64,000 nt of DNA, from contig JBGANV010000001.1 in assembly GCA_044222185.1 (NCBI GenBank), positions 160,001-224,000 of the forward strand, given 5' to 3'. How positions within the stretch are numbered: position 1 is the stretch's first letter; each line of letters opens with the position of its first letter. The translations under genes and the position numbers were made by a program. A model generated the notes under the pieces. The model was not told where the DNA came from and did not search any database. It saw only the letters and a list, made by a program, of their open reading frames with translations. Shown here piece by piece: positions 31,988 to 41,220 of this stretch. This stretch comes from Planctomycetota bacterium (lineage in GTDB: Bacteria > Planctomycetota > GCA-002687715 > CAIWVZ01).

Positions 31988-32288
31988 GATGGCGGACACG
32001 ATAACGGGACGCAGCCGCGCGCTCCCGATGGAATGAGTTACGCAGCGTTTGAAACGATTGCGGGCCGCGCGACGCGCCAGGTGCCCCGATCCCACGCAGC
32101 GATGGCGACGAGCCTCGTCCGCTACGACGATCAACGGAATCGGCCCGCGATTCGCTGACCGTAGAAGGACCCGACGCCCGAGCGGCGCGGGCCGCATCCC
32201 CGCAAGGCGGCTGTGCGGCGGAGCGACTTCGAATCCCCGACCTCCAGCCGCGGCCCCGTGACTCGAACTCCTCTCCGGAGGGAAACCC

Positions 32289-33518
32289 ATGCGACGCGCA
32301 CTCTCCATCTCCTTCATCCTGGCACTCCTGGCGCTCCCGGTCCTCGCGCAGGCCTCGCCCGGCGACTGGCTGCTCGCGAGCAACGGTTACCCCACGTCTG
32401 GGCTCTTCCGGATGCATCCGCTGACCGGCAGCCTCTCGCCGTTCACGAGCCTGCCCGGCTATGCGCCTTCCACTCTCTACATGGCGCCGAACAACGTGGA
32501 CGTCGTCGCGGTCGACTCGCTCGGATACACGGTCGACACGTTGCACCCGAACGGATCGCTCGCGGCGAGCTTCATGATCCAATCGCTCACCGGTCTGCCC
32601 GGCCAGCTGACGCTGGACCAGGACGGAACGTACGTCGAGGCGACGGAATGGAGCGGCCTGCTTCGATTCGACGTCGCGTCGCAGCTCGAGGGCTACGTGT
32701 TCCAGCAGGTCCATTTCACCGAGTTCGGCGTGTGCGTCGACGGCGACACGGGTGACTACATCATCTCCGGGGTGTTCTACGGGCTCGACGGCCGCCTCAT
32801 CCGCGTGAATCGCGTCACTCACGCCGCGTCGATCATCATCAACGGGAGCATCCTCCTGCAACCCGGAACCGTGGACTTCGATCCGCTGACCGGCGACTTC
32901 CTCGTGGCGACGGGCGATGCGTTCTCGCCGCTCCTGCGCGTGCACAGAAACGGCACGGCTGCCTCCATGGGCATGTTCGTGCCGTCGGGCGCAATGGCCG
33001 CTCGCGTCGACCAGGAGACCGGCAACATCCTGGTGGCGGGAACGTCCTCCGTCGCGTTGCTCGGGCCCACGGGCAATCAGATCCGCTCGTTCGCCATCCC
33101 CACGGGCATGGCGGTCGGTGGCCTCGAGGTGTTCGGCGCGCGAAAGATCACGGGCTCGGGTCCGGCGACCGCGAACAGCACGTACACGATCCGCATCTCG
33201 TTTCCCGGTCTTGGTGGACGCTCCTACCTGGGCGCACTGTCGAATGCCATGCGCCCCGGGATCGCGCTGAGCGACGGCACGGGCCGCGTCATCAGCCTTG
33301 CGCCTGACGGCCTCTTCTCCGCGTCGCTCGGGGGGGTGCCGGGTCACACGACTGGTTTCTCGGGTGTCCTCGACTCCAGCGGGCACGCCACGGCGACCGT
33401 GCACATTCCGCCGGGGCTTCCCGCCGGAACGCGGGTGTTCTTCAGCGCCGTTGCGTTCGACCCGGCGCAGCCGTCGGGCTTCGCGACGGCGAACACGATC
33501 GGCTTCTCGATCAACTGA
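32289..33518 (+). CDS. Secreted beta-propeller protein with a C-terminal beta-sandwich domain
   Basis: SD GGAGG and signal peptide ending VLA-Q. About 40-aa blades (VDGDTGDYII, FDPLTGDFLV, VDQETGNILV). Confidence 0.75.
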   Translation: MRRALSISFILALLALPVLAQASPGDWLLASNGYPTSGLFRMHPLTGSLSPFTSLPGYAPSTLYMAPNNVDVVAVDSLGYTVDTLHPNGSLAASFMIQSLTGLPGQLTLDQDGTYVEATEWSGLLRFDVASQLEGYVFQQVHFTEFGVCVDGDTGDYIISGVFYGLDGRLIRVNRVTHAASIIINGSILLQPGTVDFDPLTGDFLVATGDAFSPLLRVHRNGTAASMGMFVPSGAMAARVDQETGNILVAGTSSVALLGPTGNQIRSFAIPTGMAVGGLEVFGARKITGSGPATANSTYTIRISFPGLGGRSYLGALSNAMRPGIALSDGTGRVISLAPDGLFSASLGGVPGHTTGFSGVLDSSGHATATVHIPPGLPAGTRVFFSAVAFDPAQPSGFATANTIGFSIN

Positions 33519-33533
33519 GCGCGCGCGCCGCGC

Positions 33534-35081
33534 TCATCGGCCGATCGACACGTACTTCCCGCCGCTCTCCTTGGCGAGGCGGCGCATGAGGTTGACGTCG
33601 TGCGTGCGGCCCAGCCCGACCGTGTTGATCTGAACGCGAAGGTCCCGGTTCCGGCGTGCGATCTCGTCCGCGATCGCACCGCCGTTCAGGATTCGACCCG
33701 ATGAGGCCTGTCCGTCGGAGAGGAAGAAGACCGTGTCGATGGGCTGCTGCCGGGATGGCGTCGTACCGGCGGCGGCCGCGCCGAAGGCCCGCTCGAGCGC
33801 ATCGATGATGTTGGTCGAGCCCCGGACGGCGATGGCCTGAACGAACGCATGCGCGTCGCGCCGCGTCGCGTCGGTCAGTTCGATGGGCGCCTTCATGAAC
33901 GGTCGCGGCGCATCGGAGAACACGATGATGTTGAAGAGGGCGCCCACGGGCAGCCCGTCGAGCGTCCGATCCAGTTCACGCTTCGCCCGCGCGAGCTTCG
34001 TCTCTTCCGGCGGTCCACCCGAGCTCTGGCCCGTCCGCGTCGTTGGCGAGACCTTCTCGGCCATGCTGCCGGACGCGTCGATGACGAAGCAGATGCGCGT
34101 GGAATGCGTCGTGATGCCGTAGAAGCTCACGCCTCCGCCGTTCCTGGGCCTCGTGTCCGTGGAGGGAGGCGGCGGCCCCTTCCACCCCGTGCGGTTGCTC
34201 ACCCACCAATCACGCCAGAGCGTCTGGTTGTCGTGGAAGTTCTGGCCCGTGAGCTCGACGAGCGCCGCGATCACGTCGCCCTGGAGTCTTCCCGTCTGCT
34301 TCGGCAGTTCGACGATGAACGCCTCGATCGTCTCCGGGTCCTTGTGCTTCCGCAGGGCGTCGATGGCTGCCGACCGCACCAGGAAGAACTCGTCCGCGAG
34401 GGCGTGGGCCAGGAACGTGACGTTGGCTACGTCGGGGCGCGCGCCGAGCGCGAGCGCCGCCTCCGATCGGACTCGAGGATCGTTCGACCCGGCGAGCAGA
34501 CTGCGGATCGCCGTGCGCGCCTCGGGCACCTCGAGCTTGGCGATGGTTCGAAGCAGCTCGCGCTTCCGCTCGTCGCTGGTCGTCGTCTGGAGCGCGCCGA
34601 GGATCCGTGCGGCCTGCTGCGACCGGTGGGGCTCGGGTAGGAGGGATATGTTCGTGCCGACGGCCGCGCGCAGCTCGTCCTCCAGCGCCAGGCTCCCCGC
34701 GACGCGCTCGGATACCGAGGCGAGTTCCTTCTGGAGGTCGGCGACCGCCTGGTCCGCCCGCTGTCGCGCCGAGGTGCCAGGCACGCCGGCCTTCGCCAGG
34801 TCGGCGCGCGCGGCGATGATGGTCTCCTGAAGCTTGGCCGTGCGCTTTCGGATCTCCTCGACCGACTTCTGGTATTCGGCAAGTGTCGCGAGGAGCTGAT
34901 CGGGAACGCGGGCGTCCGGGAGCTCGGAGAAGATCCTCAGCGCCTGCGTCTGCTCCGCGCGGGTTCCGCTGCGGAAGGCGGCCACGAGCCGATCGCGGGC
35001 ATCGGCGAACGTGTCCTGCGCGGGAAGGCCGAGTGTGACGAGGAGGACGAGGAGGTTGGTGCGGGCCGTGGTCAGGAACAT
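33534..35081 (-). CDS. Secreted HEAT-repeat + C-terminal vWA protein
   Basis: Signal peptide, coiled coil and HEAT repeats (DPRVRSEAALALG, FLVRSAAIDAL). FYGI..ICFVIDASGSM, GSTN and FFLSDG form a MIDAS. Confidence 0.85.
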   Translation of the reverse strand: MFLTTARTNLLVLLVTLGLPAQDTFADARDRLVAAFRSGTRAEQTQALRIFSELPDARVPDQLLATLAEYQKSVEEIRKRTAKLQETIIAARADLAKAGVPGTSARQRADQAVADLQKELASVSERVAGSLALEDELRAAVGTNISLLPEPHRSQQAARILGALQTTTSDERKRELLRTIAKLEVPEARTAIRSLLAGSNDPRVRSEAALALGARPDVANVTFLAHALADEFFLVRSAAIDALRKHKDPETIEAFIVELPKQTGRLQGDVIAALVELTGQNFHDNQTLWRDWWVSNRTGWKGPPPPSTDTRPRNGGGVSFYGITTHSTRICFVIDASGSMAEKVSPTTRTGQSSGGPPEETKLARAKRELDRTLDGLPVGALFNIIVFSDAPRPFMKAPIELTDATRRDAHAFVQAIAVRGSTNIIDALERAFGAAAAGTTPSRQQPIDTVFFLSDGQASSGRILNGGAIADEIARRNRDLRVQINTVGLGRTHDVNLMRRLAKESGGKYVSIGR

Positions 35082-35286
35082 CGCCGATTTGCCACCGTGG
35101 ATCGCATCATCGCTGCCGGGTCAGGTGGGGGAGAGGGTACCAGGTCCGATGAACAAAGTGGGCCGTGAACGAGGCTTTTCTCGTCGCGGGCTCGGCCGGC
35201 TCGGCGCTCCATCTTTTCCTTCCCCCGGACGATAGTTCACCCTGGCGGAAACCGGCGACGGCCGGGAGCAGAAGGTCCGCCACGTC

Positions 35287-38200
35287 ATGACAAGGCAGCC
35301 GGGCTCAGGTCGTTTCCAGGTGGTCCGACCACTCTGGACGGGGTCGCACGCGACCGCCGAACTCGCGCGCGACGCGTTTCGGGGCGATCGCCTCGTGACG
35401 CTCAAGACGATTGCGCCCGGACGCCTTCCTCCTCGCGTGATGGCTCGGCTCCAGCGAGAGTTCACCATCCGCCGGCGGCTGAAGCACGCGGGGATCGCCG
35501 AACTGCTCGACTTCGAGTTCGACGACGCGGGCGCCTGCCGAATCGTCCGCGAGTACGTGGACGGAACGGACTTCGTCACGTGGTGCGAGGGTCGGGACGT
35601 CTCCGCGATCGCGGACGTGACCGTTCAGGTCCTGCAGGCGCTCGCCTACCTCCACGATTGCGGCCTCGTCCACGGGTCGATCCGCCCGTCGAACGTCGTC
35701 GTGGTCGGTGGAGATCGGCCGTACGCGCGCCTCCTCGATTTCGATCCGGTCGGCGACGTCGTCTCCGGCCGCGATCCCGTCGACCGGCTCCACTACGCGG
35801 CGCCGGAGGTGCTTCGCGCGCAGGTCCCCGACGGTCGCAGCGACCTCTACTCGCTCGGCGTGCTCCTGCTCTACGGCCTCCAGGGGCGACTGCCATTCGA
35901 GGATCAGAACCAGCCCGCCGCCGTGGTGGCCTGGCACCTGTCGCCCAGTGCCGAGCGCGTTCCGAAGGGGTGCCGCCTCGCACGGACGATCGAGCGTCTC
36001 CTCGAGGTCGCGCCCGAGCGCCGCTTCTCCGAGGCGCCGGAGGTCGTCCGCGCCATTGGTACCGAGGTCGGCCGGCGGTTCCGAAGTCGCGTGATCCGGG
36101 AGAGCGAGCAGCTCCTCGTCACCGGGCGGTTCGTCGGCCGCGAACGCGAGCTCCGCAAGATCGAGGAGGTCGCGCGGCGGGTCTTCAACGGATCGGGTGG
36201 CCGGTTCTTCCTCGTCGCCGGTCCGCGGGGGATCGGCAAGTCCCGCCTCTTGGACGAGGCCCGAGTCCTCGCTCACATCTCGGGCATTCGAGTGATCGCG
36301 GCGCGGTGCGGGCGCGAGGGCTGTCCGCCGCTCGGCGTCTTGCGGGACGTCCTGAGGCAACTCGTGACGCACATGGGCGTCGAACACCCCGTCGTGGAGC
36401 AGCACCGGGCCGTGCTGACCACCGTGCTCCCCGAGATCTTCGAGGCCGTGTCGGCGCGCTCGACGGATGCGGATCTCGGCGCCGCCGACGCGTGGTTGCG
36501 GGTGAAGAACGGGATCACGGACTTCCTCGCGGGCGCGGCAGACGTCCGCCCGCTCCTGATCCTGTTGGACGACCTCCAGGCGATGGACGAACCGAGCCTC
36601 GCCGTCTTGCGCTGGCTTTCGAACACCTTCCGAGGTGGTCCGTTCATGATCGTCGCGAGCCTGCGAGACGACCCCGTTCCCGCCGGCACCCAGCCCGCCA
36701 ATGCGCTCCTCGTCGACGAGGAACACGAGGTCCTGCGGCTGCGACCGCTCCAGCCGTCCGAAATCGAGATGATGCTGAGTTCCGTGCTCGCGCTGTCGGG
36801 CACGCTCCGCGAACTCACCGATCTCATCATGAGGCTCACGGGCGGCGTGCCGCTCTTCATCGAAGAGCTCATCCGCTCGTTGATCGATGGCGATCTGACC
36901 AGCGTGCTCGGCGACGCCACGCCCGTGCGACTGGCCGGAGACGGCGACGCGAATCGGGTCGCGGCCCGCGCGCTCGCCCTCGCGGTCGCCCGCATGCGTC
37001 GCCTGGGTGACGATGCCCAGCGGCTGCTGGGCATGCTTTCGGCGTTCGAAGGGCCAGTGCCACTCTCCGAACTCCAGGTCGTCGCCGCGCTCGAGCCCGT
37101 GGCCGAGGCCGCGGCGCTCCAATCGCTCGACGCCGCCGAAGTGGTGTCCATCGAGCCTCGCGCACAGGGAAGCACCATCTCGTGGCGCAGCGATCTGTTC
37201 CGTGAGGCGGCGCGATCGCTCGTGAGCCCGGAGGTCATCACCGGCGTCCACGACCAGGTCGTCGATCATCTCTCGGCCCGGAACGACGGGAGCGTCGATC
37301 ACGTCGCGCGTGTGGCGTTCCACGCCCTGCGCGGTTCTCGGCGTGAGACCGCGTTGAAGGTCTGCATCGCGGCCGCGCGCCACGGGCTCCTTCTTCACGC
37401 CGGCGGATCGGCGCGGCCCTGGCTCGAGCGCGCGCGGCAGATGGCCCACGAGACCGGCGACCAGGAAGCCAGACGGGAGGCCTTGAACCTCCTCTCGGAA
37501 GCCTGCGAGCGCGCCGGCGATCTGGACGGCGCGCGCGCGGCCTACGAGGAACTCCGGGAACTTCCGGCGGCAGATCCGGACACGGGCGTGAACGCGCTGC
37601 TGCGCATCGGTGACATCGAAAGCTCCAGTGGACGACAGCAGGCGGCGGACCGCACGTTCAGTACGGCCGGGCAAGAGGCGGAGCGGATCGGTGACGCACG
37701 CCTGATCAGTCGGGTCGAGAGGGCTGCCGCCCGCCAGCTCATGCGACGCGAGCTCTATCGTGACGCCCGCGACCGGCTCGATCGTGCGCTCTCGCTTCTC
37801 GGGGAGTTCGCGACGCCGGCCGAGCTGGGCGGCATTCTCGGAGAGATCGGGCTCGCCGACTGGCACCTGGGCGACCTGGGCTCTGCACGGCTGCACCAGC
37901 GGCGGAGCCTCCAATGCGCGTTGCGTGCTCGCGACTGGGTCCTCGTCACCACGGCGCACCTCCACCTGGGTCTCGTCGACTGGAAGTCAGGTCGCACGAA
38001 GGCTGCGCTCGGCAGACTGACCCGTGCGGAGGCGCTCTCGCGGCGGCTCGGCCATTACCCGCTGCGCGCTGCGGCCCTGCAGAATCGCGGAGCCATCGAA
38101 CTCGAGCTGGGCCGCCTGGCTCAGGCCGTTCAGACGCTCACGCAGAGTCTCGCCGTGCGTCGCCGGCTGGACGACGATCCAGGCGTCGTCGAAACCCTGG

Positions 38201-38979
38201 CGATCCTGGCGACGGCGCAACACCGTGGCGGTCGCCATGACGTCGCGCGGCGCCTGCTCGACGACGCCATCGCTCGCGCCTCGAACCGAGGCGACGTCCT
38301 GCGCGCCACGCGCGCGCGGGTCGCGCTCGGTCGCGTGCTGTTGACCGTCGGGGCGCTCGACGCAGCGGAGACGCTGCTGCGCTCCGTCGCCCAGTCGCCC
38401 GGGTGCGAGGGTGATCGGGCCACTGCCGCCGGTGCGTGGCTCGGGCTGCACGAGATCGCCCGAGAGCGTCTGCACGACGGGAACGAGGAGCTGGATCGGG
38501 CGGTGGCCCTGGCTTCGGGACACGTGGCGCGCGTCGACGCCGAGGTGGCGCTGGCAGCCGCCAGGCGCGCCGTGGAGACGCGCCGAACGGGCGACGCCCG
38601 GAAACACGTCGCGGCCGGCCTGCGGGCCGCGCGCGCACTCCGTGATACCGAGCTGTGCATCCGAGCGCGCTGGATCGCAGGACTCGTGCGCACGGAAGCG
38701 GACCGGATCGTTTCATTCAACGCGGCCGTTCGGGGAGCCGAACGGTGCGGCATGGCCGAACTCGGGTGGCGTGTCCACAGAGATCGTGGTGCAGCCCTCC
38801 TCGAACTCGGGCGCGGCGAGGCCGCCCAGCTTGGGCTTCGGGACGGGATGCGGATGCTCCGTGCCATCCACGACGCGTTGCCCGCCTCGCAACGGCCGGC
38901 GTACCTGTCGAGCCCCGGGCGGCAGGCGTTGCGTGCCCTCTTCCGCCAATCGTTGTCGACGGGGGTCGGGGTGCGATGA
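35287..38979 (+). CDS. Ser/Thr kinase-like domain + STAND/AAA ATPase + TPR signalling protein
   Basis: Kinase fold (VTLK, HGSIRPSN, LLDFD, YAAPE, SDLYSLG). FVGREREL, Walker A GPRGIGKS, Walker B LLILLDDLQ, GGVPLFIEEL, then TPR repeats. Confidence 0.9.
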   Translation: MTRQPGSGRFQVVRPLWTGSHATAELARDAFRGDRLVTLKTIAPGRLPPRVMARLQREFTIRRRLKHAGIAELLDFEFDDAGACRIVREYVDGTDFVTWCEGRDVSAIADVTVQVLQALAYLHDCGLVHGSIRPSNVVVVGGDRPYARLLDFDPVGDVVSGRDPVDRLHYAAPEVLRAQVPDGRSDLYSLGVLLLYGLQGRLPFEDQNQPAAVVAWHLSPSAERVPKGCRLARTIERLLEVAPERRFSEAPEVVRAIGTEVGRRFRSRVIRESEQLLVTGRFVGRERELRKIEEVARRVFNGSGGRFFLVAGPRGIGKSRLLDEARVLAHISGIRVIAARCGREGCPPLGVLRDVLRQLVTHMGVEHPVVEQHRAVLTTVLPEIFEAVSARSTDADLGAADAWLRVKNGITDFLAGAADVRPLLILLDDLQAMDEPSLAVLRWLSNTFRGGPFMIVASLRDDPVPAGTQPANALLVDEEHEVLRLRPLQPSEIEMMLSSVLALSGTLRELTDLIMRLTGGVPLFIEELIRSLIDGDLTSVLGDATPVRLAGDGDANRVAARALALAVARMRRLGDDAQRLLGMLSAFEGPVPLSELQVVAALEPVAEAAALQSLDAAEVVSIEPRAQGSTISWRSDLFREAARSLVSPEVITGVHDQVVDHLSARNDGSVDHVARVAFHALRGSRRETALKVCIAAARHGLLLHAGGSARPWLERARQMAHETGDQEARREALNLLSEACERAGDLDGARAAYEELRELPAADPDTGVNALLRIGDIESSSGRQQAADRTFSTAGQEAERIGDARLISRVERAAARQLMRRELYRDARDRLDRALSLLGEFATPAELGGILGEIGLADWHLGDLGSARLHQRRSLQCALRARDWVLVTTAHLHLGLVDWKSGRTKAALGRLTRAEALSRRLGHYPLRAAALQNRGAIELELGRLAQAVQTLTQSLAVRRRLDDDPGVVETLAILATAQHRGGRHDVARRLLDDAIARASNRGDVLRATRARVALGRVLLTVGALDAAETLLRSVAQSPGCEGDRATAAGAWLGLHEIARERLHDGNEELDRAVALASGHVARVDAEVALAAARRAVETRRTGDARKHVAAGLRAARALRDTELCIRARWIAGLVRTEADRIVSFNAAVRGAERCGMAELGWRVHRDRGAALLELGRGEAAQLGLRDGMRMLRAIHDALPASQRPAYLSSPGRQALRALFRQSLSTGVGVR

Positions 38980-41177
38980 ACGACTTCTTCCGCGACCTCG
39001 AGATGTTCGAGAACGCCGAGCCGCAGGCGGAGAAGCCACGCTCCATGTCGGCGGAGCACCTGAGCCTGCTGGCCGATTTCGCGCGCGAGCTTTCGGCGGT
39101 GGTCGACGTGGACGACCTGGCGCGAGTCGTCCTGCGGCGCGTCCTCTCGCTCACCGGCGCCGATCGGGCCCTGATCTACCTGAGCCGAGGCCAGGAACGG
39201 TGCCGGCCCTTGTTGGGCCTGGACCGCGACCAGCAACGCCTCATCGGTGAGCGCAGCCGGGTGGGACAGGAGATCGTGGAGGCCGTCGTGGAGACCGGCG
39301 AGCCGGTCCTCTCCAATACGGTGATGCGTCACGAAACGGCCGCGGGGCCGGACGACTCGATCGCGCTCGGCGTGGGAACCTGCATCTGTGTCCCGCTCGA
39401 GTCCTACCGCGGTCGCATCGGGGCGCTCTACCTCGACAGCCCGGTCGGTTCGCACGAACTCGACGAGGAGGATCTGATCGTCGCGCGCCTCGTCGCGGTC
39501 CAGGCGTCGCAGGCATTGGAACTGCTGCGATTCGAGACGCAGAAGCGCGAGGCTGAACGCGTCCGTCTCGAGAACGACTACCTTCGCCAGCTCTCCAAGA
39601 AGACCGCGGACGAAGCGCGTGTCATCGAGAACCTGAACAACGAGTTGAAAGGGCGCACGGAGAAGCTGACGCAGACGTCTGCCTTCCTCTCCAGCGTCCT
39701 CGAGAGCAGCACCGAGCACGCGATCATCGCGACGGATCGCGACGGGCTCATCAGTACGTTCAACGCCGGAGCCGTTCGCGTCTACGGTCACTCGCCCAGC
39801 GAAGTCGTCGGGCGCGCGCGGCTCGACGTTCTCTTCCGCGGGACGGACCGCGAACGGGGCGTGCCGCGGGAGATCATCAATGCTGCGGCTGGACCGACCG
39901 GGCGTGCCGAGGGCGAGGCACGACGGGTTCGGAAGGATGGTCGAGAGATCGCCGTGCACGCGGCGACGACGGCGATACGCGACTCGGACGGGCACCTCAC
40001 CGGCTACGTGGACGTGTCGCGCGACATCACCCGTGAAGTGGAGATGCGCCGGCAGATGCTCATGTCCGAGAAGATGGCCGCGCTCGGTACGCTCGCCGCC
40101 GGCGTCTCGCACGAGTTCAACAACCTGCTGACGGGGATCATCGGCTTCCTCGAACACGCCGAACTCGCCCCAGACGCCGAAAGCCGCGCTCGGGCGATCT
40201 CGATCGCGCTGAATGGCGCGCAACGCGCGGCGTCGCTCACGCGGCAACTCCAGTCGGTTGCGCGCCCCGCCGTCACGAAACAGGTCGCGACGCCGCTCTC
40301 CGATCTTGCGAACGAGGCCGTCGCCCTCGTGGAGAAGAGCTTCGCCTCGGAGGGCGTCGAGTTACTGACGGAGCACAAGCCCGCGGGCATGGCGGTCCTC
40401 GATCGCTCTCGGTTGTTCCAGGTGTTGATCAACCTCCTGACGAACGCGCGTCACGCCGTGGAGAAGTCGGCGGAGAAGAGGGTCGTCGTCACCACGAGCC
40501 AGGAGGGCAGCTGGTGCGTGCTCGCGGTGCGGGATTCCGGCTGCGGAATGACGCCCGAGGTCCAACGCCGGATCTTCGAGCCGTTCTTCACGACGAAGGG
40601 CGCGCTGGGCGGCGACGTCCACGACGGCAAGATCCACGGCACGGGCCTGGGGCTCGCCATTTCGCACGGAATCGTGGCCGAGCATGGCGGGCGGATCGAG
40701 GTCGTGAGCGAGGTTGGGGTCGGCTCCACGTTCCGCGTTCTCTTGCCGATGGCGCCCGCTGGCGTGGAGGCCAACGCGCCGTCCGCCGGCTCCGCGCACA
40801 GGGGTGGCCACGCCGTCAAGAAACTCGACGTGCTCGTGGTGGATGACGAGGCGTCGATTCGCGATCTGCTGAAAGCCGTCCTCGGCCTGCGCGGGCACGC
40901 CGTGACATGCGCCGGCGACGGGGAGTCCGGTCTGAAGGCTGCCCTGGCCGCGAAGTTCGACGTGATCATCGCGGACTTCCAGATGCCCAAGCTCACGGGC
41001 GGGAAGTTCTTCGCGAAGCTCGCCGAGTGCGCCAAGGGACCTCTGCCACGACGGATCCTCATCACGGGGCTCCCGCCGTCCGAGCTGGACCTCCCGGCGG
41101 GCCTGGACGTGGTCCTCGAGAAGCCCTACAGCGTCCAGGACATGATCCGCGCCGTGGAGCAGCCGGGACCGGCGTGA
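38976..41177 (+). CDS. Hybrid sensor histidine kinase (GAF-PAS-HisKA-HATPase-REC)
   Basis: GAF (CVPL..IGALYLD), PAS (FNAGAVRVYGHS, RKDG), H-box GVSHEFNNLL, NLLTNA, DSGCGM, FEPFFTTK, GTGLGL and REC (VVDDE, DFQMP, KP). ATGA coupling. Confidence 0.93.
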   Translation: MNDFFRDLEMFENAEPQAEKPRSMSAEHLSLLADFARELSAVVDVDDLARVVLRRVLSLTGADRALIYLSRGQERCRPLLGLDRDQQRLIGERSRVGQEIVEAVVETGEPVLSNTVMRHETAAGPDDSIALGVGTCICVPLESYRGRIGALYLDSPVGSHELDEEDLIVARLVAVQASQALELLRFETQKREAERVRLENDYLRQLSKKTADEARVIENLNNELKGRTEKLTQTSAFLSSVLESSTEHAIIATDRDGLISTFNAGAVRVYGHSPSEVVGRARLDVLFRGTDRERGVPREIINAAAGPTGRAEGEARRVRKDGREIAVHAATTAIRDSDGHLTGYVDVSRDITREVEMRRQMLMSEKMAALGTLAAGVSHEFNNLLTGIIGFLEHAELAPDAESRARAISIALNGAQRAASLTRQLQSVARPAVTKQVATPLSDLANEAVALVEKSFASEGVELLTEHKPAGMAVLDRSRLFQVLINLLTNARHAVEKSAEKRVVVTTSQEGSWCVLAVRDSGCGMTPEVQRRIFEPFFTTKGALGGDVHDGKIHGTGLGLAISHGIVAEHGGRIEVVSEVGVGSTFRVLLPMAPAGVEANAPSAGSAHRGGHAVKKLDVLVVDDEASIRDLLKAVLGLRGHAVTCAGDGESGLKAALAAKFDVIIADFQMPKLTGGKFFAKLAECAKGPLPRRILITGLPPSELDLPAGLDVVLEKPYSVQDMIRAVEQPGPA

Positions 41178-41220
41178 CGAAGGTTGGCCTGGCGCACCGA
41201 TTCGCGCGCGCCGCGGGGCG

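Noticed and set aside
35287-38979. Avs-type antiphage STAND defence system
   Set aside because: There is no nuclease or other toxic effector domain and no defence-island context. Coupling to a histidine kinase points to signalling.
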